Assembly: GCA_044226625.1 (NCBI GenBank)
Contig: JBGAGQ010000003.1
Location: 1-64,000 of the forward strand
Source of the DNA: Thermoanaerobaculia bacterium
GTDB lineage: Bacteria > Acidobacteriota > Thermoanaerobaculia > Multivoradales > UBA5704
Direction: 5' to 3'
Length of the DNA: 64,000 bases
Numbering within the stretch: position 1 is the first letter of the stretch; every line of letters begins with the position of its first letter. This document shows, piece after piece, positions 9,588-19,606 of this stretch. Both the position numbers and the translations under genes were made by a program. The notes under the pieces were generated by a model. It was given only the letters and a program-made list of their open reading frames with translations, was not told where the DNA came from and ran no database searches.

Positions 9588-12197
9588 ATGCAGACTCTTC
9601 CCACCGTCTTCGTCTCTTCGACCTCCGAGGATCTCCATTCCTACCGCCAAGCGGCGAAGGACGTAATCCTCGATCTCCATTGGCACCCCGAGATGATGGA
9701 GCACTTCAGGACGGAAGGGCGTGCGGGAATAGTCGAGGCGTGCACGAAGAGGGTCGAAAATTCGGATCTGGTCCTCGCGATCCTCGGCTGGCGCTTCGGA
9801 TGGGTGCCTGGTCCGGAGGCCGGCGGCGACGGCAAGAAGTCGATCACCGAGATCGAGATCGAGACCGCGAAGGCGCTCGAGAAGCCAGTGATCTTCCTGC
9901 TCGCCGAGAAGGAATGGCCAGGGCATCACTGGGAGAACGAAACGGCACGGCGCAAGCAGATGGAAGCGCTCCGCGCCGGTATTGATCGCCTGGCGGTGTT
10001 CTTCTCGTGGGAGCCCGTCGAGGTCGGCAAGCGGGAGGCGCTGCCGCAGTTTCGAGCGAAGGTTCGCGAGGCCCTTCTCAAGCATTGGCCGATCGGATGG
10101 CCGGGACCGGCACCCGAAGGACACCCGACGCCCAGCTATCCGAACGACGAGATCCGCCAACTGTCCGAAGCACTCGAATCGGCCCAGCAGCGGGAGGAAA
10201 CGATCCTCATCAAGGGAGGCGACCTGACGGATGTCAGAGCGGAGATCCTCGACCTTCGGCGAAAGATTCGCGAAGGGGGCAACGTAAAGGCCGGTGACCT
10301 CCTCTCGGGCCGCTACAAGCTCCTCGAGCTGCTGGGCGACGGCGGATTCGCGACGGTCTGGAAAGCCTTCGACCGGAAGGAAAGAAAGCTGGTGGCGGTC
10401 AAAGTCCTGCATCCGCCCGTCGCCCGGGACGGCTCGCGCCTCGATCGATTCTTTCGTGGCGCTCGCCAGATGGCCGGGATCTCTCACCCTGGCATCGTGC
10501 GCGTGCTCGAAAAGCGCCTCGACGACGGCGGCTATCACTACTTCGTCATGGAGTACGTCGACGGTGGCGACCTCCGTACGGCCGTGCTCGAGAAGCGCTT
10601 ACCGACCGAGCGGGTTGTTCCGCTAATCCGCGAGGTGGCCGAGGCGCTCCAAGCCTTTCATGACCAGGGCAAAGGATTCGTCCACCGCGACGTCAAACCG
10701 GCAAACATTCTGCTCGACGCTGCCGGCCGCCCCAAACTTACCGATTTCGACCTCGTCCGGGCGGCGACCGACACGACCGGCGGTACGAAAGCCGGAGCGA
10801 TGCTCGGCACCTTTCTCTATACGGCGCCCGAGTGCATGGGCTCACCCCACGAGGCGGAAGTGAGAGCCGACGTCTACTCGCTCGCCATGACTGCGGCTTT
10901 TTGTTTCTCCGGACACGAGCTTCCGTTCAGTGTGTTGCGCAGCCCGGAGGCCTTCGTCGAGGCACTCCCCTGCCCCTCGGGTGTTCGACAAGTCTTGAAG
11001 CGTGGAGTGGCACTGGATTCTGCCGAGCGGTTTCCTTCGGTTGCTGCGCTCGCAGAGGCGATCGGGAGAGGCCTCGCCGCTCCTGTCAAGGTTGAAGAGC
11101 CGGTCTCGAGGAAAGAGGTCTCGACAGGGATCCTAAGCTCACGACCAACTCAAGTTCTCCTCCCATACTCGGAAAAGTTGGCCGCCAGACCCCCAGAAAG
11201 AGATCGTCCCTCGGCGGTAGAACGGACGCTGCCGTTCTACAGGAGGGAGGTCTCGCCCAGGAAGCCAAGCTCACGACAGGCGCAAGACCTCCTTCCTTAC
11301 TTGGAAAAGGAGGTCGCCAGCCTCCCGGAGAAAGTTCGCCCCGCGGCCGTACTCGCGGCGGTTGAACGGTCGCTTCCGTTCAAGGCGAACGACCTCAGAA
11401 CGCTCGGCATCGTAGCGTGGGCGCTCGACTTCTTCCCCGGTCGAAGCGACCGACCCGGCGAGCGCGAGAAGGCGATCGACCTCCGCAAGCGTGCGTTCGT
11501 CCCCCTCCACAGGCGGTACCCCCAGCCTTGCATCGGCCTCGACGATCCCTCCTGGGCTTCGATCCCTGGCGGAAGCTTTTTAATGGGCAGCCCCGTAGGA
11601 ATTGGACGTAGCGATGAACGGCCTGAACATCTAGTGACGGTTTCACCATTTCGCCTGGGAATCTACCCGGTCACTGTGGCCGCGTATTCGCGCCTCACCG
11701 GCAAGAGCAACAAGTCTGAAGACTTGCCTGCCACCGAGGTGAATTGGTACTCGGCTTACGCCTATGCGGCCTGGTTGGGCGGGCGTCTGCCGACCGAAGC
11801 CGAATGGGAGTATGCCGCACGCGGGGGCACGACCTACGAATATGCGGATCGGGAGGGACACAAAACGACGATCGAAAAGGTCGGATGGTATTCCGGCAAC
11901 TCCCACTCGAAGATCCATCCAGTCGGCCAGCTCGAACCCAATCCGTGGGGCCTCTTCGACATGATCGGCAACGTCTGGGAGTGGGTGGTCGATGGGTACG
12001 GTGCCTACTCGCCAGGCCCACAACGAGAGCCGTGGGGGCCAGCAAAAGGCGTGCGGCGTGTATTGAGAGGGGGTAGCTCATGGCTTGGAGAAGACGCCGC
12101 GCGCGCGGCGATCCGGGGCCATGGGAGCCCGGGGTTCAGGTTCGAGTTCCGGGGCTTCCGTGTCGTGCTCCCTGCTTTCCCCGAACTCATATCGTAG
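9588..12197 (+). CDS. DUF4062 - Ser/Thr protein kinase - FGE-sulfatase multidomain protein
   Basis: VFVSSTSEDL and SITEIEIETA (DUF4062); LGDGGFATVW, VAVKVL, HRDVKPANILL, TDFDL, GTFLYTAPE (kinase); RLPTEAEWEYAARGG, NPWGLFDMIGNVWEW, RVLRGGS (FGE). Confidence 0.9.
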   Translation: MQTLPTVFVSSTSEDLHSYRQAAKDVILDLHWHPEMMEHFRTEGRAGIVEACTKRVENSDLVLAILGWRFGWVPGPEAGGDGKKSITEIEIETAKALEKPVIFLLAEKEWPGHHWENETARRKQMEALRAGIDRLAVFFSWEPVEVGKREALPQFRAKVREALLKHWPIGWPGPAPEGHPTPSYPNDEIRQLSEALESAQQREETILIKGGDLTDVRAEILDLRRKIREGGNVKAGDLLSGRYKLLELLGDGGFATVWKAFDRKERKLVAVKVLHPPVARDGSRLDRFFRGARQMAGISHPGIVRVLEKRLDDGGYHYFVMEYVDGGDLRTAVLEKRLPTERVVPLIREVAEALQAFHDQGKGFVHRDVKPANILLDAAGRPKLTDFDLVRAATDTTGGTKAGAMLGTFLYTAPECMGSPHEAEVRADVYSLAMTAAFCFSGHELPFSVLRSPEAFVEALPCPSGVRQVLKRGVALDSAERFPSVAALAEAIGRGLAAPVKVEEPVSRKEVSTGILSSRPTQVLLPYSEKLAARPPERDRPSAVERTLPFYRREVSPRKPSSRQAQDLLPYLEKEVASLPEKVRPAAVLAAVERSLPFKANDLRTLGIVAWALDFFPGRSDRPGEREKAIDLRKRAFVPLHRRYPQPCIGLDDPSWASIPGGSFLMGSPVGIGRSDERPEHLVTVSPFRLGIYPVTVAAYSRLTGKSNKSEDLPATEVNWYSAYAYAAWLGGRLPTEAEWEYAARGGTTYEYADREGHKTTIEKVGWYSGNSHSKIHPVGQLEPNPWGLFDMIGNVWEWVVDGYGAYSPGPQREPWGPAKGVRRVLRGGSSWLGEDAARAAIRGHGSPGFRFEFRGFRVVLPAFPELIS

Positions 12198-12276
12198 GGA
12201 AACCCTTCTCATGCCTACGCTTACGCTCTAGAGCAATCCGGACGGAATTCACAGTTCTGTTTGGCGACTGCTGGAA

Positions 12277-12861
12277 TCAAGCCCTCCCGCGAGGCGGCGC
12301 CGGCTCAGACGAGCTCTCATAGCGAACCCACCGGCGGTGCTGGACAATCCCCACGATCGCAAACCCCAGCTCGATCGCAGCGCCCGCACCGACAACGACC
12401 GTTACCGGTGCTGCGAACCACTCCAGCAGGAATCCGGCAGCCGCGAGGCTCAGTCCTAGCACCCAGTAGAGCCGCATGCCGAAGAGGGTGGCAAACACGA
12501 GGTAACGCCCGCCGATGGTGAGCAGCATGGCGCCGAAGAACCAGGCGGGGTTTTGTAGACCGAGCCCGTAAGCCAGCGGCAGGCTGAAGATGAGCCAGAA
12601 GGTGCTGGCTCCCGCCAGCAGCCCGAGGGGGTTGGTCTTGGAGTGGGTGCCGGGTACGCCGGCAATGCGACAAAGCAGCACGCCGACGGGGTGGATGAGG
12701 ACGCCGCCGAGGAGAAGCGCCCAGATCGCGCGTTGCGGGGACGCGAGCACCGCGGTTCCCGTGGCGACCCACCACGCGAGTGAGGAGGCCAGAATGCCCA
12801 GGGCGCCGCTGAAGTAGCCGCGGCGCATGTCGGACTGCGCCTCGAGGATCGTCATCCGCAT
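12277..12861 (-). CDS. Conserved hypothetical membrane protein
   Basis: About 6 hydrophobic segments; WFFGAMLLTIGGRYLVFATLFG. Confidence 0.7.
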   Translation of the reverse strand: MRMTILEAQSDMRRGYFSGALGILASSLAWWVATGTAVLASPQRAIWALLLGGVLIHPVGVLLCRIAGVPGTHSKTNPLGLLAGASTFWLIFSLPLAYGLGLQNPAWFFGAMLLTIGGRYLVFATLFGMRLYWVLGLSLAAAGFLLEWFAAPVTVVVGAGAAIELGFAIVGIVQHRRWVRYESSSEPAPPRGRA

Positions 12862-12959
12862 CGTTCGGCTCCGAGTTGGATGTGCACGCCAGACTCAAGA
12901 GGCAGTCTGGGTAGGGCTCCGCCCTACTCGGCCGAACTCGTTGACTTTCTGAGGTCTTT

Positions 12960-13034
12960 TGGAGGCGACGACCGGATTCGAACCGGTGAATAAGGGTTTT
13001 GCAGACCCTCGCCTTACCACTTGGCTACGTCGCC
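12960..13034 (-). tRNA. tRNA-Cys (GCA)
   Basis: Minus strand GGCGACGTAGCCAAGTGGTAAGGC...CTGCAAA...GGTTCGAATCC...GCCTCCA. Confidence 0.97.
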
Positions 13035-13096
13035 TCGGGATCAGGCAGACCGAGCTGCACGGCCTTTGAATCCGGGACTTCCAAAGAGGGAGAATT

Positions 13097-13171
13097 TGGA
13101 GCGGGAAACGGGACTTGAACCCGCGACCCCAACCTTGGCAAGGTTGTGCTCTACCACTGAGCTATTCCCGC
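13097..13171 (-). tRNA. tRNA-Gly (GCC)
   Basis: Minus strand GCGGGAATAGCTCAGTGGTAGAGC...TTGCCAA...GGTTCAAGTCC...CTCCA. Confidence 0.97.
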
Positions 13172-13190
13172 CCGCCCAAACAGCCTGCGA

Positions 13191-13219
13191 AGGATAGTCA
13201 GAGCCCCGCGAGGTGTCAA
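13191..13219 (-). promoter_or_regulatory. Sigma70-type promoter of the tRNA-Gly-Cys operon
   Basis: TTGACA (13219-13214), 17-bp spacer, TATCCT (13196-13191). Confidence 0.8.
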
Positions 13220-13300
13220 GCGCCGAGAACTCCCTCGCCGAGGAGGGCGTACCGGGCTCCCGGGGCGGGAGCGACCGCAAACCCAGTCCACCCCAGGCCG

Positions 13301-13720
13301 GAATTGGGCCGGATCACTCGTGGTCTGGACCGGATCACCACTGGTCTGGACCAGTTCACCAGTGGCCTGGACCGGATCACTACTGGTCTGGACGGGAACA
13401 CCACTGGTCTGGACCGCATCACCACTGGTCTGGACCGGAACACCACTGACCGGGACCGGATAACCACTGGCCTGGCCCAGATCACCACTGGCCTGGTCCC
13501 GAACACCACTGGTCTGAACCGGAACAGCACTGGCCTGGCCCAGATCACCACTGGCCTGGACCCGAACACCACTGGTCTGAACCGGGTCACCACTGGTTTG
13601 GACCAAAACACCAGTGGTCTGGACCAGATCACCACGGGTCTGGACCGGAACACCACTGGCCTGGACCAGAACACCCGTGGTCTGGACAGGAGCACCACGG
13701 ATCTGGCTCAGATCACCGCT
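13301..13720 (+). repeat. 20 x 21-bp tandem repeat (consensus GGTCTGGACCGGATCACCACT; heptad GLDRITT)
   Basis: 20 contiguous units counted; open in the + frame ending at 13735. Confidence 0.9.
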
Positions 13721-13758
13721 GAGCGCGCACGTTAGGCGCTGGGGCGGGTTCGGACGAT

Positions 13759-14640
13759 CTACGGCTCCGCGCGGCCCTTCCCCATCCCCTCTTCGAGCGT
13801 CCTCAGCCCGAGCGCCAGGACTTCCTCGTTCGCGAGCTTGATCGCGGCGAGGTGACCGGCTTCAGGCACGAGGAGGAGGTCGGCGCCGGCCCTTTCGGCG
13901 AGGGAGCGGTGGTCGGCGGCAGGGATGCCCGAGTCGCTCGCCCCTCCAACATAAGCGGCGGATTTGAGGCCGAGATGGGGCGCGTGGCGGCGGAGATCGA
14001 GGTAGGCGTGGGCTCGGCGCAGGAGAGTGCGGAAGAGCAGGTAGACCGGGCGGCCGATCGGCGCGCTGTACCAGGACCATTCGAGGAGGTGGGGCGAGAC
14101 GTCCTCGAACACCGCCGCGCGGAACGGCCGATGGCGCGACATGAGCACGTGTCCCCAGTAGCCGCCGGAGCTCACACCCCAGAAGCCGAGCGGGAGCCCC
14201 GGGGCGCGCGACCGGAGCGCGGTGAGGGCGTCTTCGAGGTCGCGATCCCAGAACGCGCCCGGGGGCGCGCTGCCGCCGAATCCGGAGAGGTCGAAGGTGA
14301 GCACGTGGTAGCCGGCTTCGCGCAGCGCCTCGATGCGGCCTCGGCGGTAGAAATAGGCCTGCCCCCATTCGAGCCACGGATGCGCGAGCAGAACGGCTCC
14401 GCGGGGGGGCCCCGGCGCGGGAAACCAGGTGGCGGCCAACTCGCCGCGCCCGTCCGAGCGCGGGATCGCGAACGGTTCGAAGGGGGCGAGACTCTCGGGC
14501 GGCGGGTGGGGAACAATTCGCCGGAGCTTGGGGCCGAACGCGCGAAGGAAGAGGTGCCCCAACGCCTCTTGGATCCGGCCGGGGCGCGACGGAACCGGGC
14601 CGGCGGACGGGGACGGATGGACGGATGAGGAGTTGCTCAT
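13759..14640 (-). CDS. Alpha/beta hydrolase
   Basis: FDLSGFGGS, GVSSGG nucleophile elbow, AGH near C-terminus. Confidence 0.8.
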   Translation of the reverse strand: MSNSSSVHPSPSAGPVPSRPGRIQEALGHLFLRAFGPKLRRIVPHPPPESLAPFEPFAIPRSDGRGELAATWFPAPGPPRGAVLLAHPWLEWGQAYFYRRGRIEALREAGYHVLTFDLSGFGGSAPPGAFWDRDLEDALTALRSRAPGLPLGFWGVSSGGYWGHVLMSRHRPFRAAVFEDVSPHLLEWSWYSAPIGRPVYLLFRTLLRRAHAYLDLRRHAPHLGLKSAAYVGGASDSGIPAADHRSLAERAGADLLLVPEAGHLAAIKLANEEVLALGLRTLEEGMGKGRAEP

Positions 14641-14816
14641 ACGACGTTCGGCGTCGGGCGGCACCGAACGCTACAATCGGCACCGTTTTTCGAAGCGGAC
14701 CGCAACGCGAAGCTGCGGCTTCCCAGCGCTCGCACGGCAGAGGACGACGCTCCAGGAACTTCCGGATCCGACGACCTCCCCGACGGAGCTCGGCCGTGCC
14801 AGGAGAAGATATCGCG

Positions 14817-16799
14817 ATGAAATCCCTAGGGCGCTTGGCGCACCTCGTTCTCTGGACCGGAGCCGTCGCCTCTCCCCTGCTCGCCGACGCGGCGGGCGTC
14901 TCGACCGGGCCCACCTTCGTCGCCCGCTCGACCGCGCGATCGGTCGACGTCGACCTCAGGACCCTGCCGATCGCTCCCGATTGGCGGCCGGGCGAGCCGT
15001 TTTATGGCGAGGACGAGCGCTTCGAGCCGAAAGGCCTTCCGCCGCGCGCTCCGGCCGTGCCGCGGCGTGATCCGCTGCTCGACCTTCAAGCCCGCTCGCC
15101 CGCTCCGTCGGCGCGGGCGTTCTCGACGCCGCTCACCAACTTCGCCGGCTTGACCACCGGCGCGCAGCCCCCCGACACCACGGGCGACGTGAGCGCCGAT
15201 CACTACATCCAGATGGTCAACGGCGCGGGCGCCCGCTTCGCGGTCTACCGTAAGACCGACGGGGTGATCCTCGCCGGACCGACCAACCTCTCCACGCTCG
15301 GCACCGGCAGCTGCGCCTCGAGCGTCGGCGACGGCATCGTCCTCTACGACTCGCTCGCGGGGCGTTGGGTCCTGTCGCAGATCGGATCCGGTTCGAACCT
15401 GTGCGTGTTCGTGTCGAAAACCTCGGACCCGATCTCCGGCGGCTGGTGGGCGTACCAGTTCGCGGCGCTCGAGTTCCCGGACTATCCGAAATATTCAGTC
15501 TGGCCGAGCGCCTACCTCGCGACCACGAACGAAAGCTCGGCCGCGGTCTACGCGCTCGATCGGACGAAGATGCTCTCGGGTCTCGCGGCCACGGCGCAGC
15601 GCTTCTCCGCCCCGCCGCTCGCCGGATTCTCCTTCCAGGTGCTCGCCCCGGCGGACGCCGACGGCGCCGCGCCCCCGGCCGGTGCTCCGGCCTACGCGCT
15701 TCGCCATCGCGACGACGAGGAACACACGCCGGGCTCGGCGAATCCGAATTCCGATTTCATCGAGCTCTACGCTTTGGCCGTCGATTTCACGACGCCCGCC
15801 AACTCGACGTTCACGGGTCCGACCTCGATCCCGGTCGCCGAGTTCGACTCGAGCTTCTGCGGCTCGGATTCGGCCGCCCTCTCGTGCATTCCGCAAACGA
15901 CCGGCACCCGGCTCGACGCGCTGCGCGAACCGATCATGAACCGCGTGCAGTACCGGAACTTCGGCGACCACGAGACGATCGTCGGCAACTTCGTGACCGA
16001 CGTGGACGGCGCCGACCGCGCGGGCATCCGCTGGTTCGAGCTGCGCAAGTCGGGCGCCGGGGCGTGGAGCCTGTTTCAGGAAGGGACTTACTCGCCGGAT
16101 GCGACGCGGCGCTGGATCGGCTCGATCGCGATGGACAAGCAGGGCAACGTCGCCCTGGGATTCAGCGCTTCGAGCGCGGCCCTCTCGCCGAGCTCGCGCT
16201 ACACCGGGCGGCTCGCGGGAGATCCGGCCGGGACGATGCCCCAAGGCGAAAACTCGATCCAGGCCGGCACGGGGACCAACCCCTCCAGCCGCTGGGGCGA
16301 CTACGCGTCGATGACCGTCGATCCGAGCGATGACTGTACATTCTGGTTTACCACCGAGCACACCGCGGGGAGCGGCACGGGAACCCGCATCGCCTCGTTC
16401 AAGTTCGACGGCTGCGGCGTCGTCGCGCCGTCGTTCGGCTCCTACTTCACCGTCACCCCCTGCCGGGTGGTCGACACCCGGAGCGGCAACGGCGGCATCC
16501 TGTCCTCCGGCGTCATGTCGAGCTACGCGATCCGCGGCAACTGTGGGATCCCCCCGTCGGCGCAAGCGGTCGCGGTCAACGTAACCGTCGTCGCCCCGTC
16601 GGGCTCCGGGTTCTTCTCGCTCTACCCGGGCGGCACGAGCCCGCCGGGCACCGCGACGATCAACTTCGGCCCGGGCCAGACGCGCGCCAACAACGCCATC
16701 CTCCCGCTCGGCACGGACGGCTCGGCGGCCGTCCTCCCGTTCGTGGATGGCGGCGGCCAGGCGCATCTGGTGATCGACGTCACGGGGTATTTCGAATGA
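14817..16799 (+). CDS. Secreted protein with a C-terminal TPCRxxDTR-type beta domain
   Basis: RBS AGGAGAAG; signal peptide; PPDTTGDV, FPDYPK, RWGDYASM, TPCRVVDTR...LVIDVTGYF. Confidence 0.75.
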   Translation: MKSLGRLAHLVLWTGAVASPLLADAAGVSTGPTFVARSTARSVDVDLRTLPIAPDWRPGEPFYGEDERFEPKGLPPRAPAVPRRDPLLDLQARSPAPSARAFSTPLTNFAGLTTGAQPPDTTGDVSADHYIQMVNGAGARFAVYRKTDGVILAGPTNLSTLGTGSCASSVGDGIVLYDSLAGRWVLSQIGSGSNLCVFVSKTSDPISGGWWAYQFAALEFPDYPKYSVWPSAYLATTNESSAAVYALDRTKMLSGLAATAQRFSAPPLAGFSFQVLAPADADGAAPPAGAPAYALRHRDDEEHTPGSANPNSDFIELYALAVDFTTPANSTFTGPTSIPVAEFDSSFCGSDSAALSCIPQTTGTRLDALREPIMNRVQYRNFGDHETIVGNFVTDVDGADRAGIRWFELRKSGAGAWSLFQEGTYSPDATRRWIGSIAMDKQGNVALGFSASSAALSPSSRYTGRLAGDPAGTMPQGENSIQAGTGTNPSSRWGDYASMTVDPSDDCTFWFTTEHTAGSGTGTRIASFKFDGCGVVAPSFGSYFTVTPCRVVDTRSGNGGILSSGVMSSYAIRGNCGIPPSAQAVAVNVTVVAPSGSGFFSLYPGGTSPPGTATINFGPGQTRANNAILPLGTDGSAAVLPFVDGGGQAHLVIDVTGYFE

Positions 16800-17509
16800 G
16801 CGTTTCGGAAAGGACGGCTCCCTCCATGCCGGATTCTGCCGGACAGACCGCCGCGGCAACGATCGCCGCGCCGAACCCGTTTCTGCACCAGGTGCTCAAG
16901 GTCGCCTGGCTGTCGATCGGGCTCGGGATCGCTTTCGAGATCCTGCTCCTCGTGCTCGCCGCCCTGACCGGCACGGCCGGCGACAGCGGCAAGCCGGCCC
17001 TCGCCGATCTCGCCCAGAAGGTCTCCTGGTCGTTCCTGGTCTGCGTCGGCCTCGCGTTCGGGACCGCGGTGAAAAAGATGCGCGAGGCGGCGATGGGAGC
17101 CTTCGGCCTGTTCGCCGCGCCGCTCGCGTTCATCGGGGCCAAGGCGGTCCACAAATCGCTCGGCCAGGCTCTGGGTACGATAGCGCCCGGCGCGACGCTC
17201 GTGGTGCCCCTGCTGATCGCGGGCCTCAAAGGGCTCGAGTATGGCGTGCTCGGCGCGCTCCTCGGTTACGCGACCCAGCGCGGCAAGAGCCTCGGCTTCC
17301 ACATCGCGACGGGCCTCGCGATCGGGCTCACGTTCGGCACGCTGCTGATCTGGGCGGGGGTCCGCTCGGCGCCCGCGCCGGTGGGCGCCGTCGATCTGAT
17401 CGGCCGCGGAATCAACGAGATCCTCTTCCCCCTCGGCTGCTCGATGGTGATCTACGCCTCCGAGGTCTTCGCCCGCCGATTCCGCGGCGAGGTGCCGGCT
17501 ACCGCTTGA
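16796..17509 (+). CDS. Hypothetical membrane protein
   Basis: ATGA overlap with upstream gene; about 6 TM segments. Confidence 0.7.
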   Translation: MSVSERTAPSMPDSAGQTAAATIAAPNPFLHQVLKVAWLSIGLGIAFEILLLVLAALTGTAGDSGKPALADLAQKVSWSFLVCVGLAFGTAVKKMREAAMGAFGLFAAPLAFIGAKAVHKSLGQALGTIAPGATLVVPLLIAGLKGLEYGVLGALLGYATQRGKSLGFHIATGLAIGLTFGTLLIWAGVRSAPAPVGAVDLIGRGINEILFPLGCSMVIYASEVFARRFRGEVPATA

Positions 17510-18962
17510 AGCCCAGCTCGCAGTAGAGCCAGCGGCCGTCCTTCCGGCCGGTGAACACGCTCTCGATCGCCGAGCCGGTCCGAAGATAGCCGCCGCCGAA
17601 GCCGAGCTCGACGCCCGGCCGAAGCGTCCAGACGAGGTCGAGGTCGAGCTCGGTGCCGAGGTCGCGGCTCGGGAACACCCCGCCGCGCGGTCGGCGGGCG
17701 ACGTAGCCGAACGACGCGGCGTTGAAAGCGCCGGAGCCGCCGTACCAGGCGTCCTTGCGGTCGACCAACGAGAACGAATGGAGGGCGGCGCGCGCCTTCC
17801 ACCGCGGCGTCGGCGCGAACGTCGTCTCGACGTACGCGTCGCGCAGGTTCGAGAAGGCGAAGAAGTCCAGGTTGCCGTAGAACTTGTGGTTCGTCGGCAG
17901 CAGGTTGAAGAACCCGCCGAACGTCTTGCCCGCCTTACCGGCCGAGGCCTGCTCGAACGCCAAATGGACGGCGGGCTTGCCCGGCGCGGCCAGGAAACGA
18001 TGGCCGAGGTCGACCGCGAAAGCCGAGGCCCCGCCGCCGTGGCTCTGATCCTGGAGCGCGAGCCAGACCAGCAGATCGTTCGCGTCGTTGCCCGCGAGGA
18101 GCGACGCCCCGCCGGTCGTCACCTCCAGGCTCTTCCGGCCGGCGAGGACCTGCGGCACGAGCCGCCTGCGGTCCTCGTAGCGGCTCCCGAACAGGCGGAC
18201 CTCGGCGCCCGGAATCCAGCTGCCCCGCGGAGCGGAAACGGTGATCCCGACGAGGCTCATCTCGCCGAGGTCGTCGAAGGCGTCGTCGTAATCGAACGCT
18301 CCGGTGAGCGGCCGGAGCGCGAAGGCGTCGATCCGCGTCGTACCCGCCGTCCGCACGAAGCCGCTCGCGCCGTCGAATCGCCGGCCGACGTTGGTGAAGT
18401 CGAGGTTGCCGAACAGGCGCTCGGCGAGGCGGCGCTTCTTCACCCCGTCGAGGAAGTCGCTGCCGGTCGGCACCTCGAAGCCCTCGACGAATCCCTGCCG
18501 GCCGATCGTGAGGCGCGCGTTGGTCCCGGTCCACGCGATCGACAGCTCGGCGATGCCGAGGCTCGTCGGCGCGGTCGCCCCGGCGTTCGCGCCGAGATAG
18601 GTCGGTCCCGAGCCGAGGACCGCGCGGCGGGGCACGGCGCTCGTCGCGGCGCTCTGGGCGAGCGCGTGGAAAGCCCAACGCGGCGCCACCACGTCGACCC
18701 CCGTCCGGACCCGCGCGATGCCGAAACCGTAGCTCGCGTCCTGCGCGGGCGTCGAGCGCGGCGTCTCGAACGACTCGCCGCGCAGGCGGACGTCGAGGCT
18801 GGTCTTCACCTGGATCTTCTTCGTTCCGGCGTCCGACGGCTTCGAGGCCGCGGCCGGCTTGTCGTCCGGAGCGGCCTTGGGTGCCGCCAGCACGGGCATC
18901 GCTGAAGCGAAGCCCCAGCCGATCGTGAACACGCCGAGCAGAAGTCCCGGCATCCGCCTCAT
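17499..18962 (-). CDS. Alginate-export-family outer membrane beta-barrel
   Basis: Signal peptide; LTIGRQ, FTNVGRRFDG, PTNHKFYG, LGTELDL. Confidence 0.75.
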   Translation of the reverse strand: MRRMPGLLLGVFTIGWGFASAMPVLAAPKAAPDDKPAAASKPSDAGTKKIQVKTSLDVRLRGESFETPRSTPAQDASYGFGIARVRTGVDVVAPRWAFHALAQSAATSAVPRRAVLGSGPTYLGANAGATAPTSLGIAELSIAWTGTNARLTIGRQGFVEGFEVPTGSDFLDGVKKRRLAERLFGNLDFTNVGRRFDGASGFVRTAGTTRIDAFALRPLTGAFDYDDAFDDLGEMSLVGITVSAPRGSWIPGAEVRLFGSRYEDRRRLVPQVLAGRKSLEVTTGGASLLAGNDANDLLVWLALQDQSHGGGASAFAVDLGHRFLAAPGKPAVHLAFEQASAGKAGKTFGGFFNLLPTNHKFYGNLDFFAFSNLRDAYVETTFAPTPRWKARAALHSFSLVDRKDAWYGGSGAFNAASFGYVARRPRGGVFPSRDLGTELDLDLVWTLRPGVELGFGGGYLRTGSAIESVFTGRKDGRWLYCELGFKR

Positions 18963-19119
18963 AACTCCCCCTTCCCGTAAAGCTCGTTTCCAGGAGGAGA
19001 AAGCAATCCGGAGGCCAGGCCAGGAAGGGAGCGCCGAGTCACGTCGCCGCGGGGAGCGACGCGATTCCGCCCGCCGGTGCGATCGACGTTGTAAAAACGT
19101 CCGTCGAGCGGCCGAAGGC

Positions 19120-19557
19120 TCAGATGCCTTTGAACAGCGCGTCGAACGCGGAGCGCGCCTCGCTCGGCTTGGCCGCCGGCCTCTCGGCGGCGAACTCGCT
19201 CGTGGTCTTCGGCTCGAACAGCGCGCAATCGTTGCGATCGCGTTTCTTCGCCACCCGGGCCGCCAGCTCGGCGAAACGGCGGCACTCGAAACGGGTGCCG
19301 GGATCGAACGACACGCAATTGGCGCAGCTGTGGAGCGGCGCGCCACAGCCGGCGCACGTCGTCGCGACCTCGATCGGCTCGGCGATCAATCGCTTGTGGT
19401 TGCAGGCGACGCAGCGGAATACCGTTTCGGTCGGGGCGCCGAGCCCGCGTCCGCGCGGGCCGTCCTTCTTGGGCGGCGGCCCTTCCGTCCGCCGGGCGGC
19501 AGGAGCTTCCTCGCTGCTTTGATACCCGCGGTGGCGGTACTTGCGATCGTCGGACAT
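19120..19557 (-). CDS. Cys-rich (probably Zn-binding) hypothetical protein
   Basis: CVAC, CAGC, CANC motifs; ends ARSAFDALFK; RBS AGGAG. Confidence 0.7.
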   Translation of the reverse strand: MSDDRKYRHRGYQSSEEAPAARRTEGPPPKKDGPRGRGLGAPTETVFRCVACNHKRLIAEPIEVATTCAGCGAPLHSCANCVSFDPGTRFECRRFAELAARVAKKRDRNDCALFEPKTTSEFAAERPAAKPSEARSAFDALFKGI

Positions 19558-19606
19558 GGGAAGGGCTCCTTGCGGGCGGCGGCCGAATCCCGGCCGGGCT
19601 TGCATC

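Noticed and set aside
12900-13200. Intact integrative element at the tRNAs
   Set aside because: No integrase or transposase ORF, and no duplicated tRNA 3' end noticed
13301-13720. CRISPR array
   Set aside because: Contiguous tandem units with no unique spacers
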